The notes beneath the pieces were generated by a model. The model searched no databases. It was not told the DNA's origin and saw only the letters and a list, made by a program, of their open reading frames with translations. A stretch of 64,000 nt of DNA, taken from IMG/VR virus record IMGVR_UViG_3300044615_000494; one strand, written 5' to 3'. A program made the position numbers and the translations under genes. Below are positions 8,557 to 18,281 of this stretch, in pieces. Numbering within the stretch: position 1 is the first letter of the stretch; each line of letters starts with the position of its first letter. This stretch comes from a virus.

Positions 8557-9531
8557 ATGCGTAAAGCACTTATAACATTAGTTATGTTGGGATCACTATC
8601 TACTGCGGCTCTCGCACAAGATGTGAAAATTAATGGTAACTTCGGTTATCGTTTTGATTCAGTCGAAGCAGGAACTGCACCTAAGTCTGAAAAAGATCGT
8701 ATCAGAGCAGAGTTACTATTGAATGCTAAAGTTAACGATAAGACAACTTTGGTATTTGGTACTAGAACTGGTACATTCAATTCATCTTGGGATGACATGG
8801 GCGGTAACGCCAATTCTAAAGATATGGGTCTACACTTAGCATATGTTGAGTACGCCGCTATGGATCAAGTCAAGGTTCGCCTTGGTAAGATGCATCAACC
8901 TTGGGCAAGTTCACCAAGTCTATTTTTTGACCGTGATATCAAGCCAGAAGGTCTAGCAGTAGCGTTTGCTCATAAATCAGGATTGTTCGCTAATGCGTCT
9001 TCATTGAAGATCGTAGAAGGCGGTGCAGCCGATGATTCTAGAGTACAGAGCCTACAAGTTGGCTTAAAGAAGGATGTTGGAGCATTGTCATTGACAGGTG
9101 CTGCCGCATTACACAATCACAGCATCAAGCATGTTGCTGCCGGTGGTGTAGGCTCAGATGTGACTCTTCAGCAAGCATTCGGTGAAGTTGGTGTTAAGGT
9201 TGCTGGTCTTCCAGTAGCCGGTTTCGTAGACTTCATGCGCAACGACAAGGCAAATGCTGATAACCAAGCACTAGCATACGGTGTGAAGGTTGCCAAAGGC
9301 AAGTGGGATGCTTCAGTATTCCATCAAAAAGTCGAGGCAAATGCACAGTATGGTTTGTGGCATGATTCTGACTTTGCAGGCGCACAAGGTAATCACAAGG
9401 GCTATGGCCTAACTGCTGGTTACAGAGTCGCTAAGGGTTGGAAGGTCAACGCTAAGTATTTCGATGTTGAGCGAGGAGCCAACAAAGAAGATTACAAGCG
9501 TCTACAATTAGACTTGAACTACATGTTCTAA
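8557..9531 (+). CDS. Outer-membrane beta-barrel porin (putative porin family)
   Basis: Signal peptide ending ALA-Q, amphipathic beta-strand periodicity, R-I-R and GKM...FD.DI.PEG motifs, C-terminal aromatic LNYMF (BAM signal). Confidence 0.75.
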   Translation: MRKALITLVMLGSLSTAALAQDVKINGNFGYRFDSVEAGTAPKSEKDRIRAELLLNAKVNDKTTLVFGTRTGTFNSSWDDMGGNANSKDMGLHLAYVEYAAMDQVKVRLGKMHQPWASSPSLFFDRDIKPEGLAVAFAHKSGLFANASSLKIVEGGAADDSRVQSLQVGLKKDVGALSLTGAAALHNHSIKHVAAGGVGSDVTLQQAFGEVGVKVAGLPVAGFVDFMRNDKANADNQALAYGVKVAKGKWDASVFHQKVEANAQYGLWHDSDFAGAQGNHKGYGLTAGYRVAKGWKVNAKYFDVERGANKEDYKRLQLDLNYMF

Positions 9532-9558
9532 TCGAACATCTAAATTCAGTCAAGATCA

Positions 9559-9589
9559 GGGGAGATAGAAATATCTCCTCTTTTCTTTT
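9559..9589 (+). terminator. Rho-independent terminator
   Basis: GGAGATA-GAAA-TATCTCC stem-loop plus T-rich tail. Confidence 0.75.
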
Positions 9590-9622
9590 ATATGATAAGT
9601 AAATCTGTTAAAATAATGAAAT

Positions 9623-9712
9623 GGAAGTGTGGCAGAGTGGTTGAATGCTCTAGTCTTGAAAACTAGCGATTCCGCAAGGGGTCCGTGAGTTCGAATCTCA
9701 CCGCTTCCACCA
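9623..9712 (+). tRNA. tRNA-Ser(UGA)
   Basis: CTAGT-CT-TGA-AA-ACTAG anticodon arm, long variable arm, GTTCGAATC, CCA. Confidence 0.95.
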
Positions 9713-9721
9713 ATCAAACTT

Positions 9722-10018
9722 ATGACAATCAAATACGAAGATTTACAACCACATGTTGATATGCTCATAGACGCCCTTGAGAACAGAGGGGCAAGTAGTA
9801 GCGGATTACCTAATGAACAAGTATATCCATTTGCTACGAAGTATAGGAGTTTCTTGCAAGAAGTGAGAGATAGACAAGTATCTAGATATAATCTAGAACA
9901 TTTTTTGGCTGAAAATCACGAAGCGATAATGAAAGTCACTAATCAGCCTTTTAGGTCTGAACAAATCCTAGGAGCATTGAGAACATATTTTTTCAAAGAA
10001 TTCATGAGACCTAAATGA
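9722..10018 (+). CDS. Hypothetical protein
   Basis: 98-aa ORF with ATGA coupling to fpr. Confidence 0.6.
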   Translation: MTIKYEDLQPHVDMLIDALENRGASSSGLPNEQVYPFATKYRSFLQEVRDRQVSRYNLEHFLAENHEAIMKVTNQPFRSEQILGALRTYFFKEFMRPK

Positions 10019-10752
10019 TCACAGAAACAGTTACATGGGTGCATCACTGGAGCGATAGAACTTTTAGTTTTAAAACGACTAGAGATCAAGGATTTAGATT
10101 TTATGCAGGTGAATTTGCCATGATAGGTCTGCGTGTAGATAACAGAAATATACTACGTGCGTACAGCGTAGTCAGTCCACCATGGAAAGATGAATTGGAA
10201 TTTCTCAGTATCAAGATACAAGACGGTGACCTTACTAGCAGACTACAACATATCAAAGTAGGCGATGAAGTCATACTAGCAGAAAAGACTACAGGAACAT
10301 TACGCAACGATGCATTGATTAAAGGCGGCGAACTATATATGCTAGCCACCGGAACTGGACTAGCGCCCTTCATGAGCCTAATACGTGATATCGAAACTCT
10401 TGAGACTTGGGATAAAATAAATATAATACATAGTGTGAGAGATAAAAAGGATCTAGCATATTATGATGATTTGATCAGTAGTTTCAAAGACGGAGAGCCC
10501 GAATTATTTGAGTTGATAGAACCCAAATTGACATATAAGCCTATCATAACGGGCGCCGGCGAGAAAAGAATCACGGCTCAACTATATGATAATGACTTGA
10601 CGATTGATTACAGCCGTGATAAAATCATGCTATGCGGTAATCTAGAATTCAATCAGGAAGTTACTGATTGGTGTATATCAAAGGGCATGACTGAAGGTAG
10701 TTTACGAGAGCCCGGAACTTTTGTCATCGAAAAGGCATTTGTAGAGAAATGA
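10015..10752 (+). CDS. fpr: Ferredoxin-NADP+ reductase (bacterial type)
   Basis: VHHWSDRTFSF, RAYSVVS (FAD), LATGTGLAPF (NADP), MLCGN, C-terminal EKAFVEK. Confidence 0.92.
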   Translation: MITETVTWVHHWSDRTFSFKTTRDQGFRFYAGEFAMIGLRVDNRNILRAYSVVSPPWKDELEFLSIKIQDGDLTSRLQHIKVGDEVILAEKTTGTLRNDALIKGGELYMLATGTGLAPFMSLIRDIETLETWDKINIIHSVRDKKDLAYYDDLISSFKDGEPELFELIEPKLTYKPIITGAGEKRITAQLYDNDLTIDYSRDKIMLCGNLEFNQEVTDWCISKGMTEGSLREPGTFVIEKAFVEK

Positions 10753-11114
10753 ACAATTTTGAGATTGATGAACAATATATTACTGATGTAACAGTTAGGA
10801 CTGAACACGATTTCATCGTAGATCGTAATAATCCTACACCCGAAGAAATCTTTAAAGTACTCAAAGGTTGGGACAAAGTTGTCAGCATCGGTAGCAAAGA
10901 CCACGATGAGTTTACTAAGTTGCGTAATCAACTTGAAGAACAAGGTTACATCAAAACCGAACGCGGTTGGTGGAATGGCGATACTGTATTGAAGCCATTC
11001 TATTTGAACGGTTGGCGATTCAAAAAAAATCATAGATTTCCTTGTGCGGCGGCACTTAGCAATAGTATTAAGTGTGCTAAGAAATATAAATGGAAGAGCA
11101 TCAGCAGTCTATGA
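10749..11114 (+). CDS. Hypothetical protein
   Basis: 121-aa ORF coupled on both sides. Confidence 0.6.
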   Translation: MNNFEIDEQYITDVTVRTEHDFIVDRNNPTPEEIFKVLKGWDKVVSIGSKDHDEFTKLRNQLEEQGYIKTERGWWNGDTVLKPFYLNGWRFKKNHRFPCAAALSNSIKCAKKYKWKSISSL

Positions 11115-11926
11115 AACAGATACTAATAATGGGAGACAGTTGGGGAGTACCTGAATATTCACTAACACCGGGCGAACTATTATCTGATCCTACTAATGTC
11201 GTTCGTCCAAAATTTTGGTTAGATGCTGAACCAAATTATACAGACGGTATATATCATACTGACCAATATTTACGTGGGCTAGGGTATGATGTTTATAATT
11301 CTGCGCAGGGCGGTATTTCAAATGTACAAGCGATTAGAAGAGCGATAAGTTGCATCAAAAACGAAAAATTAAATCCTGATTTAATCATTTGGTTTCATAC
11401 AGCATTGTTTAGAGACTATCAGCATTTTCAAACGAAAATTAGTTTATTAAAACCTTATGAACAGGCAGTAGATGATTTAGCAGAAGCGGTGTATGGTAAA
11501 ATGGCAAATTTCTTAAAAGAAAATAATGACATACCATTTATTGCTGTAGGCGGGCAAGCACCATTAGTTAAACACGTATTTGATAAGTATTTAAATCCTT
11601 TTTTCCGTGTAGATGATTGGAGAAGTGAAATACTGCAGGAAAAATTGCCCGAGTTTCAAGCATTCGGATCAGAACCTATGTTACATTCTTGGACTTGGCA
11701 TCCTGAGACTATCAAAAAACTGTTGTCAATATCAGACCTCTATCGCGATAAGATGACTGCTTTATCTAACTCTGCTCAAATAGAAGATCCTCTATTTCCT
11801 GATGGTTGTCATCCTGGAAGAACACCTCATTATGAACTCACTAAAAAAATTCATGATGCGATCAGTTGGTTTTATAAGAATAATCAAAAGCATGATTACA
11901 TAAAAACTCCGGGTAACGCACTATGA
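11111..11926 (+). CDS. SGNH/GDSL-like hydrolase
   Basis: ILIMGDSWG (block I) and DGCHP (block V); start moved to the ATGA overlap at 11111. Confidence 0.6.
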   Translation: MKQILIMGDSWGVPEYSLTPGELLSDPTNVVRPKFWLDAEPNYTDGIYHTDQYLRGLGYDVYNSAQGGISNVQAIRRAISCIKNEKLNPDLIIWFHTALFRDYQHFQTKISLLKPYEQAVDDLAEAVYGKMANFLKENNDIPFIAVGGQAPLVKHVFDKYLNPFFRVDDWRSEILQEKLPEFQAFGSEPMLHSWTWHPETIKKLLSISDLYRDKMTALSNSAQIEDPLFPDGCHPGRTPHYELTKKIHDAISWFYKNNQKHDYIKTPGNAL

Positions 11927-12672
11927 AAAATATATTAATCGTAGGAGACAGTTGGGGAGTACCTAACTACGTTAAAGGCTATAATACAGTACCTGAAGAT
12001 CACACAGAATTTCGACTAAGGGCTATGGGATATAATGTCTTCAATTACTCATTGAATGGCGGAAGCAATGTCGATACAATAAGTTATGCTATATCTGCTA
12101 TAGAAAACAAAGAACTAAGAGTGGATGAAGATGTAAGTTATAAAAAGAAAACATATGCTGATTCTGGTCCCGAATTCTTACCTGACCCAAATTATCGCGG
12201 TGAAAAGATAGACTGGATAATTTGGTTTCACACTGAGTCTATTCGCGCCTCAGTACAGCCTATAATGTTTCGTTGGATAAAGATTGAAGATATACATGAA
12301 TTAGGGTGCAAGACTGCATATAGAGCATTCAAGCATTTAGTAGAAATTTGCGGAAATCCAAAAACAGTAGTGATAGGTGGGCAGGCACCGGTAGAACCCA
12401 TGCTATATGATTATCATAATCCAACATATATCATAGAAGATTGGCGTAGTGAGATTGTGGGTAGAAAGTTACCAAGATGCATATCGCTTTCTAGATTGGA
12501 TATGATAGAACGATCATATCATTCAATAGATGAAAAACTTGAAATAATGAATCTACATGCTGAGATATATGATGCTATGAACAATAAAGAGCAATTTTTT
12601 GATGCTTGCCACCCTGCCGCGATACCACATAAACATTTAACGAATAGATTACATACTTGGTTTTCAGAGTGA
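11923..12672 (+). CDS. SGNH/GDSL-like hydrolase (paralog)
   Basis: ILIVGDSWG, GGSN and DACHP motifs. Confidence 0.6.
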   Translation: MKNILIVGDSWGVPNYVKGYNTVPEDHTEFRLRAMGYNVFNYSLNGGSNVDTISYAISAIENKELRVDEDVSYKKKTYADSGPEFLPDPNYRGEKIDWIIWFHTESIRASVQPIMFRWIKIEDIHELGCKTAYRAFKHLVEICGNPKTVVIGGQAPVEPMLYDYHNPTYIIEDWRSEIVGRKLPRCISLSRLDMIERSYHSIDEKLEIMNLHAEIYDAMNNKEQFFDACHPAAIPHKHLTNRLHTWFSE

Positions 12673-12726
12673 TTTCTTGATAAATACTTTAGTATGCCAA
12701 TGATGCATATATAAAGGAGAAATCTA

Positions 12727-12888
12727 ATGGATCTTGAAACAATTGTAACAGTATTAGTAGTAGCAGGTTTTGCAGCCTTCTTGTTTTTCAAGATGAAGAA
12801 AAAGTCTTCAGATGATGCAGGTCCAAGCACTGACGGATCAGGCGGACACCCTGGCAAAGAGAATGGCGGAAGACAGCAACTAAAATAA
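12727..12888 (+). CDS. Small single-pass membrane protein (53 aa)
   Basis: RBS AAAGGAG; MDLETIVTVLVVAGFAAFLFF-KMKKK; not in the ORF track. Confidence 0.7.
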   Translation: MDLETIVTVLVVAGFAAFLFFKMKKKSSDDAGPSTDGSGGHPGKENGGRQQLK

Positions 12889-12907
12889 GTCTCTGTCATG
12901 TTGGTTT

Positions 12908-12936
12908 TAGGGGGAATTAATTCCCCCTATTTTTTT
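12908..12936 (+). terminator. Rho-independent terminator
   Basis: AGGGGGAAT-TA-ATTCCCCCT-type inverted repeat plus T-run. Confidence 0.7.
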
Positions 12937-12974
12937 GGCTATAAATAATTGCACGACAAGGAGAACATAAATTT

Positions 12975-13112
12975 ATGGCTGGATCATCATCGCTAAACAA
13001 GAAGAATACAATATTCAAACGTACTAGCCAGGGTGGAAGCAGACCGAAAACTAGTGCTATGAATAAACAGCAAAAGAAAGCATTCAAACACTACAGAGGG
13101 CAGGGTAAATGA
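12975..13112 (+). CDS. Small very basic protein ending YRGQGK (45 aa)
   Basis: RBS AGGAG; KRTSQG...MNK...YRGQG pattern that I recognise from T4-like/large phage small proteins; ATGA coupling. Confidence 0.7.
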   Translation: MAGSSSLNKKNTIFKRTSQGGSRPKTSAMNKQQKKAFKHYRGQGK

Positions 13113-13321
13113 GTGGTAAGGGGTCAAGTCCTAGACCATATAGTGTAGATAAAAAAACATTTGATAATAATTGGGATCGCATTTTTAAAAAGAATTATTA
13201 TCAAGATATACTGTCTACCGAAGATGCGGTTATCAGCGCACTAGATAAATCAGACTATGATAACAGAAATAAAACCAACAAGCCCGACAATACTAAGTCT
13301 ACTAAAGACGATAGAAAATAA
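13109..13321 (+). CDS. Conserved phage hypothetical protein
   Basis: MSGKGSSPRP...F..NWDRIF motif. Confidence 0.6.
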   Translation: MSGKGSSPRPYSVDKKTFDNNWDRIFKKNYYQDILSTEDAVISALDKSDYDNRNKTNKPDNTKSTKDDRK

Positions 13322-13840
13322 AGATTTTGTCAACGGGGAACATAGTTTTGCAAAGAACTATGATGGCTTGAGTTACTATGACGCTCTAATGGCAGCCATA
13401 AGTGACGATACACTTTTCAATCACCTTGACTACGACATCCCTATACTTAAGTACAAGCATAATAAAATACTAGGGGACACAGAGGGCGGGAAGTTTTTTT
13501 TAGAATCCTTTCAACAACTGGTTGAATTCGACGGCTTTTACACTAGCGGATACATACCCAAAGGATTTGATCGTTGGCATAGTGATAGTGATGTGACCGG
13601 ATATGCTATCCTATTTTCTTATTCTAAAGATGGAAACGGGTATTTCAAATATAAAATTCCTGGATCAAGAGAAATCGTGACATTGGTAGACGAACCCGGA
13701 TGGATGATTCGTGGTATGTATTATGGTAATGTCGAAGACAGTAAGTTGTGGCATTGTGTCGCTAGTGAAGGATTTAGGGTAACATTTATCTTGACTTTTG
13801 CGGCTGAAGATAAGTATAATACAGCAGTTGAGATATTAAC

Positions 13841-13850
<10 letters not shown>
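13257..13850 (+). CDS. Cupin/2OG-oxygenase-like protein
   Basis: GF.RWHSD and LWHCV....R motifs; start uncertain; stop lies inside tRNA-Gly. Confidence 0.5.
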
Positions 13851-13916
<66 letters not shown>

Positions 13917-13934
13917 TTCTTTGCTAAATACTAC

Positions 13935-14423
13935 ATGCTATACATTTCTTATCGTGGTATTTACGACGGCCAAAACTTTGAAGACGCTAACACACCTAAT
14001 CAATTAGGAAAGGCTCTAGGTATGGGCTTTTCATGTATGATAGACGTATGGAAGGTCGGAGATCAGTTTTATCTAGGAAATGATCAACCTATCACAGAGG
14101 TAACTACAAAGTACTTGCAGGGAAATCGTTGGTGGATTAATGCTAGAAATACTGCGATGCAAGCATGGTTGCCCACACAGAACGTAAAATTATATCCTAA
14201 TTGGTTTTATTTCCCTACGATGCCCCCTCCACAATATGTTACTGCTAGTAACGGTAAGTTGATAACACCGGGTACAGTACCTATTAATAATTCAAGTGTT
14301 ATATTTTTACCTGAGATAGATGACCGAGGTATGTTTAGTACTGTTAAGTTACGCTGTTATGGAATATGCAGTACATACCTAACGTTCATAAGAAGAATGC
14401 GTCAAGAAGGCGCATATTATTAA
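13935..14423 (+). CDS. Degenerate GDPD/PLC-like phosphodiesterase paralog
   Basis: Colinear with 41240-41680 (ISYRG/IAHRG, IDVW/VDVW, YLGND/YLGHD, WINARN/WIHAKN); start moved out of the tRNA. Confidence 0.6.
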   Translation: MLYISYRGIYDGQNFEDANTPNQLGKALGMGFSCMIDVWKVGDQFYLGNDQPITEVTTKYLQGNRWWINARNTAMQAWLPTQNVKLYPNWFYFPTMPPPQYVTASNGKLITPGTVPINNSSVIFLPEIDDRGMFSTVKLRCYGICSTYLTFIRRMRQEGAYY

Positions 14424-14860
14424 AATACTAACTTACAGTAAGCGTTAGTACCTGTCTCGCCCTCACGCCACTCTGAAATCAATTCAAAACCAGCAGACTT
14501 ATAAGTTGACCAACTCTCATATCTAGGATAACTCCATACTGCATCAGAGTTTTCTTTTCTGCCCTGATTGATAGTGGCTAATAGTAATTCTTTACCATAG
14601 CCCTTCTTTCTATAATCAGGAAACACATATAAACCCCTCGATCTATATGTATTATCACAACATTTGTGACCGCTATTACAACCTACTATTGTGCCGTTGT
14701 CTTTGACGATAAAGAATGTAGGTTCGTATTCATAATTTTTAAGATCATATTGATCGCCCATCAACATAGCACTATGTTTTTCTATAGGGCTTTTTCTATC
14801 AGGCCATAAATGATTGATCCAAATATTATACACTACATCATACTCAACTTGTTCTATCAT
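14420..14860 (-). CDS. GNAT acetyltransferase
   Basis: RGLYVFPDYRKKGYGKELL acetyl-CoA motif A; Y...GF motif. Confidence 0.8.
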   Translation of the reverse strand: MIEQVEYDVVYNIWINHLWPDRKSPIEKHSAMLMGDQYDLKNYEYEPTFFIVKDNGTIVGCNSGHKCCDNTYRSRGLYVFPDYRKKGYGKELLLATINQGRKENSDAVWSYPRYESWSTYKSAGFELISEWREGETGTNAYCKLVF

Positions 14861-15651
14861 ATTAGATTTTCTTCTACGTTATATAAAAATTTAGATGCAT
14901 GACCGGGTAAAAGCAAATCATCTTTGTGGGCTACTCTTATAGTGAAAGCCATGCGGGGTGATGAGTCCATGTTCTGAGTTACGCCGTGTACTGCTTGATG
15001 CCCGTTAATGATTATCAAACTATTAGATTTAGGTTTGAATGTAAAACCATATGGACTCCATATCTCGCCCCCTAATCCTTCTTTATGATCATAAAGATAA
15101 AAAGTGATACTGTACATTCTAGCATCTCTATGATCTGTAGTATACGGTGATGATTTTACGTTTGTTAAATGAGGTGCAGAATCTAAATGATATGCTAAGT
15201 ATTTACCCTGTTCAAGGTAATTTAAGTGCAATCTATAGAATATCCAATCATCTTTGTTGTCTGCGAAAGGTTTTAGATTTTTGACAACTGATGTTGCTTT
15301 GTAAAAAATAGAACTTATGTTATTTCTAATAGTGTCATCTGCCCATTTAGAAATAGTGTCGTTGGTTTGATTGTAATAATCTCTTAAGAATGTGATATCA
15401 TAGACGACTATCTGTTCCCGAGCATTTTGAGCATGACTTAATATTCTTTTACTTTCTGTACCTATTTTAAAAGTTGTTGAATGGGTTAAGTAAGTTTTTG
15501 TATCACCATTCAATAGTATAGAAGATATGCAATTTTTTAGTGTGTTAAAAAAATGTGGTTCAAAAACATCATGGTAGATGTAGCCTTCTAACGCCACTCT
15601 ACCATAATGTTCTGTTTTAATATCTTCTTTGAATTCAGTACAAAGAGTCAC
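14857..15651 (-). CDS. 2OG-Fe(II) oxygenase
   Basis: YHLD, SITFYL...GLGGE, VHGV and PRMAFT motifs. Confidence 0.7.
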   Translation of the reverse strand: MTLCTEFKEDIKTEHYGRVALEGYIYHDVFEPHFFNTLKNCISSILLNGDTKTYLTHSTTFKIGTESKRILSHAQNAREQIVVYDITFLRDYYNQTNDTISKWADDTIRNNISSIFYKATSVVKNLKPFADNKDDWIFYRLHLNYLEQGKYLAYHLDSAPHLTNVKSSPYTTDHRDARMYSITFYLYDHKEGLGGEIWSPYGFTFKPKSNSLIIINGHQAVHGVTQNMDSSPRMAFTIRVAHKDDLLLPGHASKFLYNVEENLI

Positions 15652-15653
15652 GA

Positions 15654-17423
15654 TTACTTAATTGACGCGCTCCAAGCAGCATAGAAACTTATGCTATTAG
15701 TTTCAGTCAATGCCAATGTGATATCGCTTTCTTTAGTCTCAGCGTACAATGGATTAGTCTGGAAGTAGAACATAGTTGTTCCGGTCATTCTTGCTCTTGA
15801 TGTTGTTGCTACTGCAACGAACTCAATCATTTTGAGTTTAGTCTCTTCAGGAAGAGTTACAGTAGGATTAGCGATAGTGAGAGTACCTGTTTCTGGCTCT
15901 AGATTCATGAACTGCGCATAATCGGCTTCCATTGCAGAATCTAACCATTCGATAGACCATACTACAGGATCATCCGGGAATACTACATTCAAGTCAGATA
16001 CATTGATGGCACTGTTTAAGTTAGCAACAATAGGCTCACCTGACTCAGGATGCACACCTAAATACATAGTCATGTTATTATTTTTATAACTAGCGTTTGG
16101 ATCTGAAGTGATTAAGTAGACGATCTTATTTTGATTTTCGCTGAAAGTGCTATCTTCAAACAACAATGCGTTTTCAGTAGCAGTAGTGATGATAGTGTTT
16201 TTCATCTGTGCAAACGGAACCATGTCCGCAAACAATGCTCCTATCTCCGCTGCAACACCTGCTACTAAAGGTGCGCTGAAAGATGTACCGGAGATCATTA
16301 GATATCCGCCTGTATAGTTTGCTACAACAACTGCCTCACCGGGTGCAAACAAGTCTAGTTCTTGACCATGACCAGTAGTTACCCCTGCGTCACTTGGACT
16401 GATGTTGTTGAATCCGCAAGGGATATCATATTTGTCCATCGCCGCAACTGTCAATACATCTACCATACCTGCAGGGCTTATGTCTGCAATATCGATACCA
16501 TCGTTACCTGCTGCGCAGATAACAGTAATACCTAAGTCTAGTAGGCCCTGTACTTTAGCATCCAAGTATGCTGAACGTGCAGTACCCCAAGACATGTTAC
16601 AAATTCTTGTCTTTAATGGGTCTGCGCTAGCAACAGCAACAAGTGCGTCTATCGCTTGACCTATTTGAAGTATACTTGCTGTGCCAGTAGCATCACCGAT
16701 CTTAACATTGAATACTTTGCAATTATTAGCGATACCTAAATTCTTACCTACAGCCATGCTAGTTACGGCTGTACCGTGACCGATGTTATCATCATAGTAG
16801 TCATAAGGACCGCCCGGAGGACCAAAGCATGTCCAAAAATTTACACCTTCAAAGCCTGGGTAATCAAATTCAGGATGTGAGAAGTTGATACCTGTATCAA
16901 ATACGTAAAGTTCTGGCTTTGATAGATAAGTCATATCATGTGTACTGAATGATTCAGCCAATGGACGATAACGACTTACAATTCTGATTCTAGGCCATTG
17001 TGCATCTGAACCTGTAGGATCTAACGATGTTGATTCACCGTTCATAGATTCGATGCTACCGACGTTAGCCATCAATTTCATTGGAGCACTGGTATGTTCG
17101 ATAGAGTCTACGTTATCTGCAAGGTTAGTAGCATCAACAGATGATACATGATAGAATCCGTTCCCTAAATCAGCGATGATTGTAGCCCATTGTCCGAAAT
17201 GAATCGGGTCACCCTTAATAACGAATTCTTGAATAGTTGCCGCGCCCATGCCTGCTTCAAGTACTGCTACCTGATGGTAATCGGTCGCGGTGGGATCCAG
17301 TTTAGCAAACTGAAGTAAATGCCAACCGATATCCAAATCAAGTGCATCTACTTTTGTAGTTAATTTAAAACGGTCTGCAAATGCGTCTCTTGACGCTGTA
17401 TCTGCGAATGTAACTCTAATCAT
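15654..17423 (-). CDS. Subtilisin-like S8 serine protease with N- and C-terminal extensions
   Basis: VFDTGI (Asp), GHGTAV (His), NMSWG, AAGN (oxyanion), SGTSFSAPLVAG (Ser). Confidence 0.92.
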   Translation of the reverse strand: MIRVTFADTASRDAFADRFKLTTKVDALDLDIGWHLLQFAKLDPTATDYHQVAVLEAGMGAATIQEFVIKGDPIHFGQWATIIADLGNGFYHVSSVDATNLADNVDSIEHTSAPMKLMANVGSIESMNGESTSLDPTGSDAQWPRIRIVSRYRPLAESFSTHDMTYLSKPELYVFDTGINFSHPEFDYPGFEGVNFWTCFGPPGGPYDYYDDNIGHGTAVTSMAVGKNLGIANNCKVFNVKIGDATGTASILQIGQAIDALVAVASADPLKTRICNMSWGTARSAYLDAKVQGLLDLGITVICAAGNDGIDIADISPAGMVDVLTVAAMDKYDIPCGFNNISPSDAGVTTGHGQELDLFAPGEAVVVANYTGGYLMISGTSFSAPLVAGVAAEIGALFADMVPFAQMKNTIITTATENALLFEDSTFSENQNKIVYLITSDPNASYKNNNMTMYLGVHPESGEPIVANLNSAINVSDLNVVFPDDPVVWSIEWLDSAMEADYAQFMNLEPETGTLTIANPTVTLPEETKLKMIEFVAVATTSRARMTGTTMFYFQTNPLYAETKESDITLALTETNSISFYAAWSASIK

Positions 17424-17486
17424 CGTTATAGGCTCCTGCTATATATGTATTATTTATCATTCTTCCTCAAACATTCTAAATAGTTA

Positions 17487-18281
17487 ATGATAAAAATACA
17501 TGTTATCAGCGATCTTTACTTGGGTTTTAACGAATTTAGCACCGAAGAAGAACAATTACCGGACGTAGACCTTGTAATTTTGAACGGTAATATAGGGCAG
17601 TTAAAACGATGCATGTTATATGCTGAAACCCTGTGTAAGAAGTATCCCGACATTCAATTCGTAGTCAATTTAGGAGAAGTAGAATATCATAGTTCTTGTC
17701 CTAAACACATGGGCGAACTTGAAGAATCTTTGAATATTCGAAGGTCTGCAAATTTAGATTGGCCTAAAAATCTTCACTGGAGCACGGATTCCCAAATGGT
17801 CACACTGCGTAACGGAATTAAAGTAGACATCTTGTGTCTCTATGGATACCCACAGATATATAGTCATTCTATACCATGGGAAGAAACCATATGGCACAAA
17901 ACTTATACTATGGATATTTTGTATGAATTTCCTGAGTCAGGGCCATGGCACAAACCTAATGAAACATCTAATGTCAGACATGGATATTGTCCGGTGTTTG
18001 CTACTAAAGACTGGATAAACAAGCAACATGCGAAAGAATGGATTATTGCCAGAAACTGGGAAGTAAAAGTTACGTGTCTAAAGATATTAGTGACGCATAT
18101 CAATCCCTATAAAGATACACGCTGTGCCGGGCAAAAAGTAGCACCCTATCTTATACATCTACATAACGGTATATGGATAGGTTCAAATACTGAATGCAAT
18201 GATGTAAGTTTCTTAGGAGGAAGATTGTATTCAAATCCCGGAAGAGGATCCCAGGCCAGGCATAAAGTTATCACGGTATAA
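17487..18281 (+). CDS. Degenerate calcineurin-like metallophosphoesterase
   Basis: IHVISDLYL, VILNGNI, NLGEVEY, LVTH and YSNPG mirror the MPP fold, but the metal ligands are altered. Confidence 0.6.
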   Translation: MIKIHVISDLYLGFNEFSTEEEQLPDVDLVILNGNIGQLKRCMLYAETLCKKYPDIQFVVNLGEVEYHSSCPKHMGELEESLNIRRSANLDWPKNLHWSTDSQMVTLRNGIKVDILCLYGYPQIYSHSIPWEETIWHKTYTMDILYEFPESGPWHKPNETSNVRHGYCPVFATKDWINKQHAKEWIIARNWEVKVTCLKILVTHINPYKDTRCAGQKVAPYLIHLHNGIWIGSNTECNDVSFLGGRLYSNPGRGSQARHKVITV

